Assembly (NCBI GenBank): GCA_963771175.1 | Contig: CAVYSY010000007.1 | Span: forward strand, 25,864-89,863 | Length of the DNA: 64,000 bases | Source: an uncultured delta proteobacterium | GTDB lineage: Bacteria; Myxococcota; Myxococcia; Myxococcales; Myxococcaceae | Direction of reading: 5' to 3' | Shown here: piece after piece, positions 31,297-45,853 of the stretch | Layout: each line of letters opens with the position of its first letter | Position numbering within the stretch: position 1 is the first letter of the stretch | Made by a program: the position numbers and the translations under genes | Notes under the pieces: generated by a model | Told to the model about the DNA's origin: nothing | Database searches by the model: none | Seen by the model: the letters and a program-made list of their open reading frames with translations, nothing else

Positions 31297-32202
31297 TCAC
31301 ATCGTGCGCCTGGCCAGCTCCTTGGCCGCGTCCACGAAGAGGCGCAGCGCCGGGGAGCGCTGCGCACGGCTGGGGAAGTAGAGGAAGAAGCCGGGCACCG
31401 TGGGCGCGTAGGGCTCGAGCACCCGCTGCAGCCGCCCGGTGCGTAGCTGCTCCGCCACCATCGGCTCGAAGGCGTACGCCAGCCCCAGGCCCTGCTCCGC
31501 CAGGGACACGCTCAGCGGGTTGTCGTTGGTGACCACGCCCCCGCGCACCGGCACGCGCCACGTCCTGCGGCCCCGCTCCAGCTCCCACGCGTAGAGCGCC
31601 CCGGTGGTCCGCGAGCGGAAGGTGATGCACTCGTGGCGCAGGAGGTCCTCGGGCCGCTGGGGCGTGCCGTGGCGCGCGAGGTAGCCGGGCGCGCCCACCA
31701 CCACGAAGCGGAACGCGTCGGTGAGCCGCACCTGCACCATGTCGCGCTCGATGGCCTCGCTCAGCCGCACGCCCGCGTCGTAGCCCTCCGCCACGATGTC
31801 CACGAAGCGCTCCTCGATGACGACCTCGACCTCGATCCGCGGGTGACGCGCGCGAAAGGTGGGGACCACCGGGGTGATGACGAAGGGCACCGCCGCCCGC
31901 GGCACCGACAGCCGGACCCGGCCCACCGCCTCTCCCGGTCGAGCGGAGACCTCGGTGAGGGCGGCGAGCGCCTGTCCCAGCGCCGGACCCGCGCCCTCCA
32001 CGAGCCGCCTGCCCGCCTCCGTCAGCGACACGCTGCGCGTCGTGCGGGTGAGCAGCACCACGCGCAGCTGCTCCTCGAGCTGCCGCACCGCCTGGCTCAC
32101 CGCGGAGGTGGAGACGCCGAGCTCGCGCGCCGCGCCGCTGAAGCTGCGCAGGCGCGCCACGGCGAGGAACACCTGGAGCTGCGGGAGGGGAGCCGTATTC
32201 AT
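31297..32202 (-). CDS. LysR family transcriptional regulator (CrgA/PgrR-like)
   Basis: FLAVA..RSFSGAARELGVSTSAVSQ....LE....V.LL.RTTRSVSLTEAG; DIVAEGYDAGVR. Confidence 0.95.
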   Translation of the reverse strand: MNTAPLPQLQVFLAVARLRSFSGAARELGVSTSAVSQAVRQLEEQLRVVLLTRTTRSVSLTEAGRRLVEGAGPALGQALAALTEVSARPGEAVGRVRLSVPRAAVPFVITPVVPTFRARHPRIEVEVVIEERFVDIVAEGYDAGVRLSEAIERDMVQVRLTDAFRFVVVGAPGYLARHGTPQRPEDLLRHECITFRSRTTGALYAWELERGRRTWRVPVRGGVVTNDNPLSVSLAEQGLGLAYAFEPMVAEQLRTGRLQRVLEPYAPTVPGFFLYFPSRAQRSPALRLFVDAAKELARRTM

Positions 32203-32264
32203 TGCGAGAGTACCTTCCGGGCCGGGCCACCAGCACCGGCACGAATGCAACGACACTACCGAGG

Positions 32265-32386
32265 AGCTCAAGCCTCACTGTTAAGCATTGCTTAAGAGCC
32301 TATTGACTCCCTGGCACGTAGTCATCCGAGGCCTCGGGGCGTATTTCTCTTCGTGAACGGGGCGCCACGGCCCCGAACCCACGGAG
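32265..32386 (+). promoter_or_regulatory. Duplicated LysR operator/promoter/5'UTR, copy B (upstream of ADH, divergent from lysR)
   Basis: Perfect dyad TTAAGCA-T-TGCTTAA at 32281-32295 fitting T-N11-A; GGGGC..GCCCC hairpin before the RBS. Confidence 0.75.
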
Positions 32387-32398
32387 CTCTGGAGAAAC

Positions 32399-33458
32399 AT
32401 GCTCACCGTCAATGCCTACGCGGCCACGGCCGCGACGAAGCCCCTCGGTCCGACGACCATCCAGCGTCGTGACCTCGGCCCGCACGACGTCCTCATCGAG
32501 ATCAAGTTCTGCGGCATCTGCCACTCCGACATCCACCACTCTCGCGGTGAGTGGGGTTCGGTGGCCTACCCCGTCGTCCCCGGCCATGAGATCGCCGGGA
32601 TCGTCGCCCAGGTCGGCTCCAAGGTCACCAGGCATGCCGTCGGCGACCGCGTCGGCGTCGGCTGCCTGGTCGACTCCTGTGGCGAGTGCGCGAGCTGCCG
32701 CAAGGGCGAGGAGCAGCACTGCCTCAAGGGGTTCACCGGGACCTACGGCGGCATCGGGAAGGACGGCCAGCTCACCCAGGGCGGCTATTCCACCCACATC
32801 GTCGTGACCGAGGACTTCGTCCTCAAGATTCCCGAGGGCATCGGGCTCGACGCCGCCGCGCCGCTGCTGTGCGCCGGCATCACGACGTACGCGCCGCTGC
32901 GCCATTGGGGCGCCGGCCCCGGCAAGAAGGTGGCCGTCGTCGGTCTGGGCGGGCTCGGGCACATGGCCGTGAAGCTCGCGCACGCGATGGGTGCCGAGGT
33001 CACCGTCCTGTCGCAGTCGCTGAACAAGAAGGAGGACGGCCTGCGCCTCGGTGCGGACCACTACTACGCCACGAAGGATCCGGAGACGTTCAAGAAGCTC
33101 GCCGGCTCGTTCGACCTCATCGTGAACACGGTGAGCGCGAAGATCGACCTCGACGCCTACCTGTCGCCTGCTGGCCCTGGACGGCGCCCTGGTCAACGTG
33201 GGCGCACCCGCGGAGCCGCTCTCCGTCAACGTGTTCTCCCTCATCATGACCCGCCGGTCGTTCGCGGGTTCGCTGATCGGCGGCATCCGCCAGACCCAGG
33301 AGATGCTGGACTTCTGCGCCAGGCACCGCATCGGCGCCGACATCGAGGTCATCCCGGCCAGCAAGATCAACGAGGCCTACGAGCGAGTGCTCGCCTCCGA
33401 CGTCCGGTACCGGTTCGTGATCGACACCGCGACACTGAGGTACGGCAATCCGCCGTGA
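32399..33458 (+). CDS. Zn-dependent NADP+ alcohol dehydrogenase (CAD/YahK-like; frameshift ~33168)
   Basis: CGICHSD, PGHEIAG, CxxCxxCx7[18 protein letters not shown]; C-terminus [14 protein letters not shown] in ORF 33198. Confidence 0.93.
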
Positions 33459-33523
33459 GGAACGCACATGGTTTGGGAAGAAGCAGCCCTGAGGGCTGCC
33501 CCGCCGACGTTTTGAATCCGCGC

Positions 33524-34348
33524 CTACACCGGCACCGCGAAGTCGCGCAGCGCCGCGTTGAGGCTCGTCTTCTTGTCGGTGCTCTCCTTGCGCTGCCCGA
33601 TGATGAGGGCGCACGGCACCATGTAGCTGCCGGCCGGGAACTTCTTCTCCTTCATGCCCGGAATCACCACGCTGCGCGCCGGCACCCGCCCCTTGTAGAC
33701 CTTCTCCTCGGGGCCGGTGACGTCGATGATGGGAGTGGAGGCCGTCAGCACCACGTTGGCGCCCAGCACCGCCTCCTCCTCCACCACCACGCCCTCCACC
33801 ACGATGCAGCGGCTGCCGATGAAGGCCCTGTCCTCGATGATGACCGGCGAGGCCGTGGGCGGCTCGAGCACCCCGCCCAGCCCCACGCCACCCGACAGGT
33901 GCACGTCACGGCCCACCTGCGCGCAACTGCCCACCGTGGCCCACGTGTCCACCATCGTCCCCGCGCCCACCCGCGCGCCGATGTTCACGTAGCCGGGCAT
34001 CACCACCGCCCCGCGCTCCACGAACGCCCCGTAGCGCACCACCCCCGGCGGCACCACCCGCACGCCCGCCGCCTCCAGCCCCTTCTTCAGCGGAATCTTG
34101 TCGAAGAACTCGAAGGGCTCCACCTCCATCACCTTCATCTCCGAGATGGCGAAGAACAGGAGGATGGCCTCCTTCACCCAGGCATTCACCTTCCAGCCCT
34201 CGGGCCCCTTCTCCGCGACCCGCAGCTCGCCCGCGTCCAGCAGCGTGAGCGTCTCGCGCACCGCCGCGACGTACTCGGCTTCCTTCAACTTCGCCCGGTC
34301 CGCGAAGGCCGCGGACACCTTCTGAGAGAGACTCTCGGTGGAGGACAT
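33524..34348 (-). CDS. dapD: Tetrahydrodipicolinate N-succinyltransferase
   Basis: [67 protein letters not shown]. Confidence 0.97.
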   Translation of the reverse strand: MSSTESLSQKVSAAFADRAKLKEAEYVAAVRETLTLLDAGELRVAEKGPEGWKVNAWVKEAILLFFAISEMKVMEVEPFEFFDKIPLKKGLEAAGVRVVPPGVVRYGAFVERGAVVMPGYVNIGARVGAGTMVDTWATVGSCAQVGRDVHLSGGVGLGGVLEPPTASPVIIEDRAFIGSRCIVVEGVVVEEEAVLGANVVLTASTPIIDVTGPEEKVYKGRVPARSVVIPGMKEKKFPAGSYMVPCALIIGQRKESTDKKTSLNAALRDFAVPV

Positions 34349-34390
34349 GGCCGCTCCTTCAAGCACGAAACGCCGCGCACCGCACCATCC

Positions 34391-34726
34391 TCATGCGTGG
34401 GCCTGTTGGCCGACGGCGGTCATCCCCGGACTCGGGGGCTCCGCCAGCGGGTACACCGCCGTGATGATCTCCCGGTCCAGCCGGTCTCCCACCGGCTCCA
34501 CCGCCGCGTGGGCCCGGCCCGAGACGTACACGCCGAGCCCCGTCACCCGCTGCACGTGCGACAGGGGCACCGCCCACAGCTTGCGCGAGAAGCGCCGACG
34601 CACGAAGAGCACCGTCTCTCCGATGCACTTCACCTTCCCGAGCACCGTCCCGTCCTCGTCTCGCACCTTCATCGCGTGCTGAATCGAGCGCCGCTCGAAC
34701 GGGGATTCCATCCAGTCCACCGCCAT
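34391..34726 (-). CDS. PRC-barrel/DUF2171-like small protein
   Basis: [14 protein letters not shown]...VPLSHV..V....VY; GAGG RBS. Confidence 0.55.
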   Translation of the reverse strand: MAVDWMESPFERRSIQHAMKVRDEDGTVLGKVKCIGETVLFVRRRFSRKLWAVPLSHVQRVTGLGVYVSGRAHAAVEPVGDRLDREIITAVYPLAEPPSPGMTAVGQQAHA

Positions 34727-34844
34727 GGCCGCACCTCCACTCGCACAAGGTGAGGTCCCGGGCGGCCCGAGGGGAGCACGACACCGGGTAGCGGGCCCCC
34801 GGCCGCCCGCACGCCACGAGGCACGGGCGGACCGGGAGGGACGG

Positions 34845-35078
34845 CTAGCGGCCGAGTTCCTTGGCCACCGCGTCCACTACCTGCTGATCGGTGGGAAAGC
34901 CGAGCGACTCCTTCCGCAACACCGTCTTGCCATCCACGGCGATCTCGAAGCTCCCCGAAGGTCCCACCTTCAGCTCCGAGTCCAACTCCAGGTCCTTCTT
35001 CAGCGCGGCCGCCGCACGGACGGCCCGAGGCTTGTAGCCTCAACCACTGCAATAGGTGATGGTGATACGAGCGGCCAT
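34845..35078 (-). CDS. SelW/SelT/SelH (Rdx family) selenoprotein with in-frame UGA (CxxU)
   Basis: Manual translation MAARITITYCSG[TGA]GYKPRAVRAAAALKKDLELDSELKVGPSGSFEIAVDGKTVLRKESLGFPTDQQVVDAVAKELGR*; AGGAGG RBS; TGA at 35040-35042. Confidence 0.88.
35007..35025 (-). promoter_or_regulatory. Putative bacterial SECIS hairpin
   Basis: GGCCGUC-CGUGC-GGCGGCC stem-loop starting 15 nt after the UGA, apical loop containing GU. Confidence 0.55.
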
Positions 35079-35188
35079 GTCGGGCCTCCTTCTGGGTGTA
35101 GGGATTGAAATAACGAACGACGAGCGGCGTGCAAGCGGACAACCCATTCCAGGCCAGGAATCCATTGACGCCCGGGCGCCTCGGGGCC

Positions 35189-36637
35189 ATGCAGGCCCCC
35201 ATGTCCTCCCCTCGCCCGAGTCTCGCCGCCGCCTACGACCCCGAGCACTTCCGCCGCCTGGGACACCGGCTGGTGGACCAGCTCGCCGACCACCTCGCCC
35301 GGGCCACCCGTCGCGAGGGGCCCGTGCTGCCCTGGGCCCCGCCCGCCACCAACGTCGAGCGCTTCCCCGCGGACTTCCCCGAGGAGCCCTCTGGCGACTT
35401 CCCGGCCCTCGTCTCGCGCGTCCTCGAGGCCTCGCACCACCTGCACCACCCGCATTACGTGGGCCACCAGGTGTCCGCCCCCCTCCCCCTGGCCGCCCTC
35501 AGCGACTTCGCCTCCTCGCTCCTCAACAACGGCATGGCCGTCTACGAGATGGGCCCCGTCGCCACCGCCATGGAGCACAACGTGCTGCGCTGGATGGCCG
35601 GAGTGCTCGGCCTGCCCGAGGGCGCGGGCGGCGTGCTCACCTCGGGGGGCTCGGCCGGCAACCTCACCGCCCTGCTCGCCGCGCGCCAGGCGAAGGCCGG
35701 CCATGACGCCTGGAACGGAGGCGCCACCGCCGGGCCGCCCCTCACCGTGCTCGTCCCCGAGACAACCCACTACTGCGTCTCGCGCGCCACCCGGGTCATG
35801 GGCTGGGGCGCCGAGGGCGTCACCCCCGTCCCCGTGGACGCGCACTACCGGCTGCGCCCCGAGGCCCTGGAGGACGCGCTCGCCGCCGCGAAGCGTGCCG
35901 GCCGCCGCCCCATCGCCGTGGTGGCCAGCGCGGGCTCCACCGCCACCGGCGCCTTCGACCCGCTCGAGGCCGTGGCCGACTTCTGCGAGAAGCACGGCCT
36001 GTGGTTCCACGTGGACGGAGCCCATGGCGCCTCGGCCGCGCTCAGCCCCAGCTACCGCCACCGGGTGAAGGGGATTGAGCGCGCCGACTCGGTGGTGTGG
36101 GACGCGCACAAGCTGATGATGATGCCGGCGCTCATCACCGCCGTGCTCTTCCGCGACGCGAGCCGCTCCTTCGAGGCCTTCGCCCAGGAGGCCTCCTACC
36201 TCTTCCACGGACAGGACTCCCGCCGCTGGAGCGACGTGGCGCTGCGCACCCTGGAGTGCACCAAGGAGATGATGGCGCTCAAGCTGTATGCCTGTCTCCA
36301 CGTGCTCGGCACGAAGCTCTTCGCCGATTCCATCACCGACACCTTCGACCTGTCCCGCCGCTTCGCCGAGCGCCTCCAGTCCTCCGGGGACTTCGAGCTG
36401 GCCGTGCCCCCCGACTGCAACATCGTCTGCTTCCGGTACACGCCGGAGGGTGTCCCCGCCGCGGAGCTCGACGCGCTCCAGGTGCGCCTGCGCGAGTCGC
36501 TCGTCACCAGCGGAGACTTCTACCTGGTGCAGACGACGCTCGGCGGGCGCGTGTGGCTGCGCACCACGCTCATCAACCCGCTCACCACCGACGCGGACCT
36601 GGACGCCCTGTTGGTCGCGCTGCGCCGGGCCGCCTGA
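35189..36637 (+). CDS. Group II PLP-dependent amino acid decarboxylase (DDC/DABA-DC-like)
   Basis: GVLTSGGSAGNL, ASAGSTATGAFDPL, WFHVDGAHG, DAHK (PLP lysine). Confidence 0.92.
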   Translation: MQAPMSSPRPSLAAAYDPEHFRRLGHRLVDQLADHLARATRREGPVLPWAPPATNVERFPADFPEEPSGDFPALVSRVLEASHHLHHPHYVGHQVSAPLPLAALSDFASSLLNNGMAVYEMGPVATAMEHNVLRWMAGVLGLPEGAGGVLTSGGSAGNLTALLAARQAKAGHDAWNGGATAGPPLTVLVPETTHYCVSRATRVMGWGAEGVTPVPVDAHYRLRPEALEDALAAAKRAGRRPIAVVASAGSTATGAFDPLEAVADFCEKHGLWFHVDGAHGASAALSPSYRHRVKGIERADSVVWDAHKLMMMPALITAVLFRDASRSFEAFAQEASYLFHGQDSRRWSDVALRTLECTKEMMALKLYACLHVLGTKLFADSITDTFDLSRRFAERLQSSGDFELAVPPDCNIVCFRYTPEGVPAAELDALQVRLRESLVTSGDFYLVQTTLGGRVWLRTTLINPLTTDADLDALLVALRRAA

Positions 36638-36728
36638 GGGGGGGCCTGCGAGGCATTCCATGCGATGCTGACCACCCCGTGACAAACACGGGGCACGGAC
36701 GTGTTACGAAGGACGAGGTCATCCATCG

Positions 36729-37841
36729 GTGGCCCGACAGGGGTGCACGTTGGCGCAGGCGACGAAGGCGAAGTTTCTGGAGGCGGGGCCCTTTCATCAG
36801 GCTCTCAAGGCGCGGGTAGACAACTACTTCCAGGAGAGTGGGCGCTCGCAGCGCGATCTCCCGGGGATGTACGCCAAGACGGCGGCGCTGCTCGGCTGGT
36901 TCGTCGCCTCCTATCTCTTCCTCACCTTCGTGGCGTCGGGCCCGTGGAGCGCGGTGCTCGGGTGCCTGTCGCTCGGGCTGTCGATGGCCGGCATCGGCTT
37001 CAGCATCCAGCACGACGCGAACCACGGCGGTTACTCGGAGCACAAGTCCGTCAATCGCCTGCTCGCCGGGACGCTCGATATCCTCGGCGCCTCCTCCTAC
37101 GTGTGGAGCTGGAAGCACAACATCTTCCACCACAGCCATCCCAACGTGGTCGGGCTCGACGCGGACATCGACATCCAGCCCTTCTGCCGGGTCGCCCCGG
37201 GCCAGCGGCTGTACGCGGCCCATCGCTTCCAGCACTTCTACATCTGGCTGCTCTACGGGCTGCTCGCGGTGAAGTGGCACTTCGTCGATGACTACAAGGA
37301 CGTGCTCACCGGCAGCGTCGGACGGCAGAAGATGCCGCGCCCCACCGGACGGAAGCTCGTCGGCGTCCTCGGCGGCAAACTGTTCTTCATCGGATGGGCC
37401 CTGGTGGTGCCGTCCCTCTTCCACCCCGTGTGGCAGGTGGTGCTCTGCTATGCCCTGACGTCGTTCATCCTCGGCGTCACGCTCGCGAGCGTCTTCCAGC
37501 TCGCGCACTGCGTGGAGGAGGCGGAGTTTCCCGAGGTGCCGCAAGACGGCGGCACCTTCACGCGCGAATGGGCGGTGCACCAGGTGGAGACGACGGTCGA
37601 CTTCGCGCGGGGCAACCGGCTGGTGTGCTGGTATCTCGGCGGGCTCAACTTCCAGGTGGTACACCACCTGTTCCCCCGGGTGTGCCACCTGCATTACCCG
37701 GCGCTCTCGCGCATCGTCGAGGAGACATGCCGGGAGCACGGGGTGCGCTACCGCGCGCAGGAGAGCGTGGGCGCTGCATTGGGAAGCCACGTGAGGTGGC
37801 TCAAGCGGATGGGTCGGCCAGCGGTCGTGGAGGCAGCGTGA
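36729..37841 (+). CDS. Membrane fatty acid (acyl-CoA) desaturase
   Basis: His boxes HDANH, HNIFHH and GGLNFQVVHHLFP. Confidence 0.93.
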   Translation: MARQGCTLAQATKAKFLEAGPFHQALKARVDNYFQESGRSQRDLPGMYAKTAALLGWFVASYLFLTFVASGPWSAVLGCLSLGLSMAGIGFSIQHDANHGGYSEHKSVNRLLAGTLDILGASSYVWSWKHNIFHHSHPNVVGLDADIDIQPFCRVAPGQRLYAAHRFQHFYIWLLYGLLAVKWHFVDDYKDVLTGSVGRQKMPRPTGRKLVGVLGGKLFFIGWALVVPSLFHPVWQVVLCYALTSFILGVTLASVFQLAHCVEEAEFPEVPQDGGTFTREWAVHQVETTVDFARGNRLVCWYLGGLNFQVVHHLFPRVCHLHYPALSRIVEETCREHGVRYRAQESVGAALGSHVRWLKRMGRPAVVEAA

Positions 37842-38212
37842 TGAGGGATGAGAACGAGGAGCGGATCCGCTTCGGGCGTGCGCAGAAGTTCCGGCTCTCC
37901 TCGAAGGGCAACGAGGCCGTGTCGGCGTACAGCCTGATGGTGGAGAAGGCGCGGGCGGGGGCGGGACGCGCCCAGTTCGACGCGGCCCGCACGGCGTGGA
38001 GCACCCCCCGTGGGCTCACCTCCGAGGATGGGCTCTTCCTCGTGGAGTTTGGCGTGGGGGACCGGACCATCACGGAGGCGACGCGCAGCCTCGAGGACTG
38101 CGCCAGCTCGAAGGAAGTGAAGGCCGCCGTCGAGCGGCTCCTGGAGTGCGGCATGCTCGAGCCGGTGCCCGTGCCGCCCCCTCCCCCCTCCGCGCCACGC
38201 CGTTTCTGGTAG
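37841..38212 (+). CDS. Conserved-looking hypothetical protein
   Basis: MRDENEERIRFGRAQKF...VERLLECGMLEP; coupled to desaturase stop. Confidence 0.6.
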   Translation: MRDENEERIRFGRAQKFRLSSKGNEAVSAYSLMVEKARAGAGRAQFDAARTAWSTPRGLTSEDGLFLVEFGVGDRTITEATRSLEDCASSKEVKAAVERLLECGMLEPVPVPPPPPSAPRRFW

Positions 38213-38312
38213 GCGTCACGGCGGGGTACCTCCCACCCCGCCCCCGAGCCTCCCGGGGGGAGTTTGGAAGAGTCGCGCGGGGCGCGGAAATCGGGTAGAG
38301 CCCCGCTCCGCC

Positions 38313-39034
38313 ATGCTCGTCTCCGTCGTCATCCCCGTCTACAACGAGATCCCCACCCTCGCCGAAATCCTCCGCCGAGTCACCGAGGTGGACTTCCCCA
38401 AGGAGCTCGTCATCGTGGACGACTGCTCCCGCGATGGGAGCCGGGAGTTCCTGCAGCAGCTCAGCGAGAAGGGCCTGTCCGTCATCGGCGGCACCCCGCG
38501 GAACCGCAACGAGCTGCGCATCCTCTTCCAGGAGAAGAACCAGGGCAAGGGTGCCGCCCTGCGCCGCGGCTTCGCCGAGTCCGACCGGGGACATCGTCAT
38601 CATCCAGGACGCGGACCTCGAGTACGACCCGCGTGAAATCCCCCGCGTCATCCAGCCCATCATCGATGGCGACGCCGACGTCGTCTTCGGCAGCCGCTTC
38701 ATCGGCACGCCCCGGCGCGTCCTCTACTTCTGGCACTCGGTCCTCAACAACGCTGCTCACCCTGCTGTCCAACATGACCAGCAACCTCAACCTCACCGAC
38801 ATGGAGACCTGCTACAAGGCCTTCCGCGCCGAGGTCATCCGGTCGGTGGACATCGAGGAGGACCGCTTCGGCATCGAGCCGGAGATCACCGCCAAGGTGG
38901 CCCGCGGCGGCTGGCGCGTCTTCGAGGTGCCCATCAGCTACCACGGGCGCACCTACGAGGAGGGCAAGAAGATCGGCTGGAAGGACGGCGTCCGAGCGCT
39001 CTACGCCATCGGCAAGTACACCCTCAAGCGCTGA
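38313..39034 (+). CDS. GT2 polyprenol-phosphate glycosyltransferase (DPM1-like; frameshifts ~38581 and ~38752)
   Basis: [63 protein letters not shown]. Confidence 0.9.
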
Positions 39035-39174
39035 CGTTCCGCCCCTCTGCGGCGTCCGGCGTCCGACACCGTCGGGCGCTCGACGCCTGGAGGCCCAACC
39101 CCTCCAGGCGCCTCTCCCGCCCCGTCCTCCCGACCAGAGGTGCCCTTTTGCTCCAGGCTCCCTAGGTTCCGAGG

Positions 39175-39738
39175 GTGCTACCTCGATTCGTCCTCTACGG
39201 GTGTGCTGGCTGGGTGATGGAGGTGTGCTTCACGGGAGTGGGTGCCGCCCTCTTCCAGCAGGACAAACACGGGACAGCGAAGACGTACCTCTGGATGCAC
39301 CCCATCTACGGCGCCACCGCGCTGGGGATGGAGTTCCTCCATGACCGGTTGCGCTTCCTGCCCCGGCCCGTGCGAGCCCTCGCCTATACGGCCGTCATCT
39401 TCGGCGCCGAGTTCACCACCGGCTGGCTGCTGCGCAAGGCGCTCGGCCGCTGCCCGTGGGACTACGAGCAGCGCGGCTGGAGCGTGAAGGGGCTCATCCG
39501 CCTGGACTACGCCCCCTTCTGGTACGCCGCCGCCCTCCTCTTCGAGCCCGTGCGCGAGGCCTTCCTGCGCGTCACCAGCGAGGCCCTCCGCCAGACGCCC
39601 GAGTACCGCCACGCCGTGCAACAGGGCGCCGTGGCCGAGCCCCTCCACCTCAGCGCCGTCGCCGCCGAGCAGGAGGCCGGAGAGGCGGCCGATACCTTCC
39701 TCCTCGCCGAGGAGGCGGACGCCCATCGCGGCCACTGA
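39175..39738 (+). CDS. CmpB/TMEM229 (DUF1113-like) membrane protein
   Basis: YG..GW..EV, WMHPIYG, AEFTTGWLL, CPWDY, GLIRLDY. Confidence 0.75.
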   Translation: MLPRFVLYGCAGWVMEVCFTGVGAALFQQDKHGTAKTYLWMHPIYGATALGMEFLHDRLRFLPRPVRALAYTAVIFGAEFTTGWLLRKALGRCPWDYEQRGWSVKGLIRLDYAPFWYAAALLFEPVREAFLRVTSEALRQTPEYRHAVQQGAVAEPLHLSAVAAEQEAGEAADTFLLAEEADAHRGH

Positions 39739-39769
39739 GCCACCGGGCAGGCACGACCTGTGGGGAAAA

Positions 39770-39806
39770 CCCCTCACCCCGGACCTTCTCGCAGCGGGAG
39801 GAAGGG
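39770..39806. repeat. Degenerate REP-like intergenic element
   Basis: CCCCTCACCCCGGACCTTCTCGCAGCGGGAGGAAGGG resembles the common CCCTCACCCnRnCCCTCTCCC..GGGAGAGGG repeat; single degenerate copy here. Confidence 0.4.
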
Positions 39807-39944
39807 CGAGCGGAGGGGGAAGGACGGTGGGCCCCGTGGGTCGGACGCTCTCCGGCCGGGCCTCATCTTGACAGTCGGCTTTTCTTCCTGATGTAGGCGC
39901 TGCGTAGTACCTTGCCGCGCGATTCCTGCAGGTGCAGGAAATGA

Positions 39945-44017
<4,073 letters not shown>

Positions 44018-44021
<4 letters not shown>

Positions 44022-45250
44022 CCTCCCTCCGTCTGGACCTTCACCTTGCGCCCCGGACGCAACGTCCCATTGGGCGACACCACCACCTGCGTCCCCGGCG
44101 GCGGGCCCTTGGTCAGCGCCACCTCCTCGCCCACCTTCTCCGCCACCTGCACCGGCTGGCGCTTCAGCCGCCCATCCTGAACCACCCACACCATGGACTG
44201 CCCGTCGCGGCCTCGCACCACCGCCGCGGCCGGCACCCGCAGCGCCGCGTCCTCGCGGGCGAGCACCTCCGGTGACACCTCCTCCTTCAGGAAGGCCACC
44301 CGTGCCCCCATGTCCGGCAGCACGCCCGGGGGAATCTCCTCGAAGGCCACGTTCACGTCACCGGTGGCCTTGGAGCGGTCGATGGCCGGGCGGATGGAGC
44401 GCACCTTCGCGCGGAAGGCCTGGTCCGGGAACGCGTCGAGGAAGACGAGCGCGGGCTGCCCCAGCTCGATGCGCGGGAGCTGCTCCTCGCTCACCTCGGC
44501 CTCCACCTCGAGCGCCCCCAGGTCCACCAGCTCGACGATGCCGCCGATGTTCTCCTGCTCGAGCGCGGCGGGCGCGAGCACCGCTCCCTCGTCCGCCAGC
44601 TTGCGCACCACCGTGCCCGAGAAGGGCGCGCGCACCACGGTGTGGGAGAGCAGCAGGCCCGCCGCCTCCGACGCGCGACGGGCCGCGTCGAGCTGCGCCA
44701 TGGAGGCCCGCTCCTCGGCCGAGGAGGCACTCGCCAGGGCCCGCGCCTCCTCCAGGCTCGCCCGGGTGACGACTCCCTCCCTGGCGAGCCGCTCGGCCCG
44801 GCCCAGGTCGCTCCGCGCCCGCGTCGCCGTGGCCCGCGCGGCGAGGAGCCGTTGAGAGGCCGCCTGGAGCTCGGCCCGGGCGCGAGCGGCCGCCACCCGC
44901 GCATCCCGATCATCCAGACGGGCGAGCACCTGCCCCTCCTTCACCGCATCCCCCTCGTCCACCGCCACCTCCACGAGTCGGCCCGCCACCTGGGGCGCGA
45001 TGACGGAGCGGCGGCGCGAGGCCACATAGCCGGCAGCGGAGAGCTCGGTCTGCTGCTCGCCAGGACGGGCCTCGCGGACCTCGGCCACGCGCACGCTGGG
45101 AGCCCGGCCCATCACCATCGCCGCCGCGACGAAGGCCAGCACCACGACGAGTGCCACCGGAAGGAGCCACCGTCGCCCGAATCTCCGCCGGGGGTGGGCC
45201 GAGCGGTCAATCCGGAGTGCGTTCAACCTCTGGGCCTGGGCCTCCGCCAT
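44018..45250 (-). CDS. MacA-like membrane fusion (periplasmic adaptor) protein
   Basis: N-terminal TM; [18 protein letters not shown]; coiled hairpin; VRAPFSGTV; LPDMGARV. Confidence 0.9.
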
Positions 45251-45494
45251 GGGGACTCCCCTTGCGTCATGACATCTCGGTGAGAAGGTAGGGGGAGGCC
45301 CCGAGCATGACCCGGAAGTGAGGCCGCCCGCCCCCCCTGCTACCGAAGCACGCGGGCGCCCTCTTCTCCCTCCGAGGGAGGCGGGCTCGGCGGTGAGAGA
45401 AAACCTTGAGGTCTCTCCCGCCAGGGCCACACGACAGGCACAGATTGAGCGGGAGGGACCACGATGGAGGGATTGCGATGAGCGAGGGATTGCG

Positions 45495-45731
45495 ATGATC
45501 GACCCCGGGGACATCCGCGAGGGCATGACGGTGAGGGACCAGGAAGGCCGGAAGCTCGGCACGGTGGCGAACGTGGGGGAGACCCACTTCGAGCTGGAGC
45601 AGGGGTCGCCGGCCCGGCGGGACTACATGGTGCGCTACCACGGAGTGGCGCGCGTACAGGGTCGGGATGTGTTCCTCTCAGCCGATCCCACGCCCGTGCA
45701 GCCCGAGGACGAGTCGCCCCCGAGCCCGTGA
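45495..45731 (+). CDS. DUF2171-like small protein
   Basis: IREGMTVRDQEGRKLGTV..V....F.LE.G....DY.V....V..V...DV.L. Confidence 0.7.
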   Translation: MIDPGDIREGMTVRDQEGRKLGTVANVGETHFELEQGSPARRDYMVRYHGVARVQGRDVFLSADPTPVQPEDESPPSP

Positions 45732-45853
45732 AGCGCGCTCAGCCGGGCTCGGGTGGGAGTTCGCGCACGGCGCCATACCCGGCGTCCATGTGACAGGGGC
45801 ACCGCAAGCGCGATACATCAACGCTCTCCCCTTCCCCACCAGGAGCGAGCGGG

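Noticed and set aside
32399-34753. 784-aa alcohol dehydrogenase fusion
   Set aside because: Frameshift near 33168; the true C-terminus ends at 33458 and the rest is antisense to dapD
36675-36693. CCCCGTG-ACAAA-CACGGGG dyad upstream of the desaturase
   Set aside because: Short GC-rich single dyad; cannot be distinguished from chance or assigned as operator or terminator
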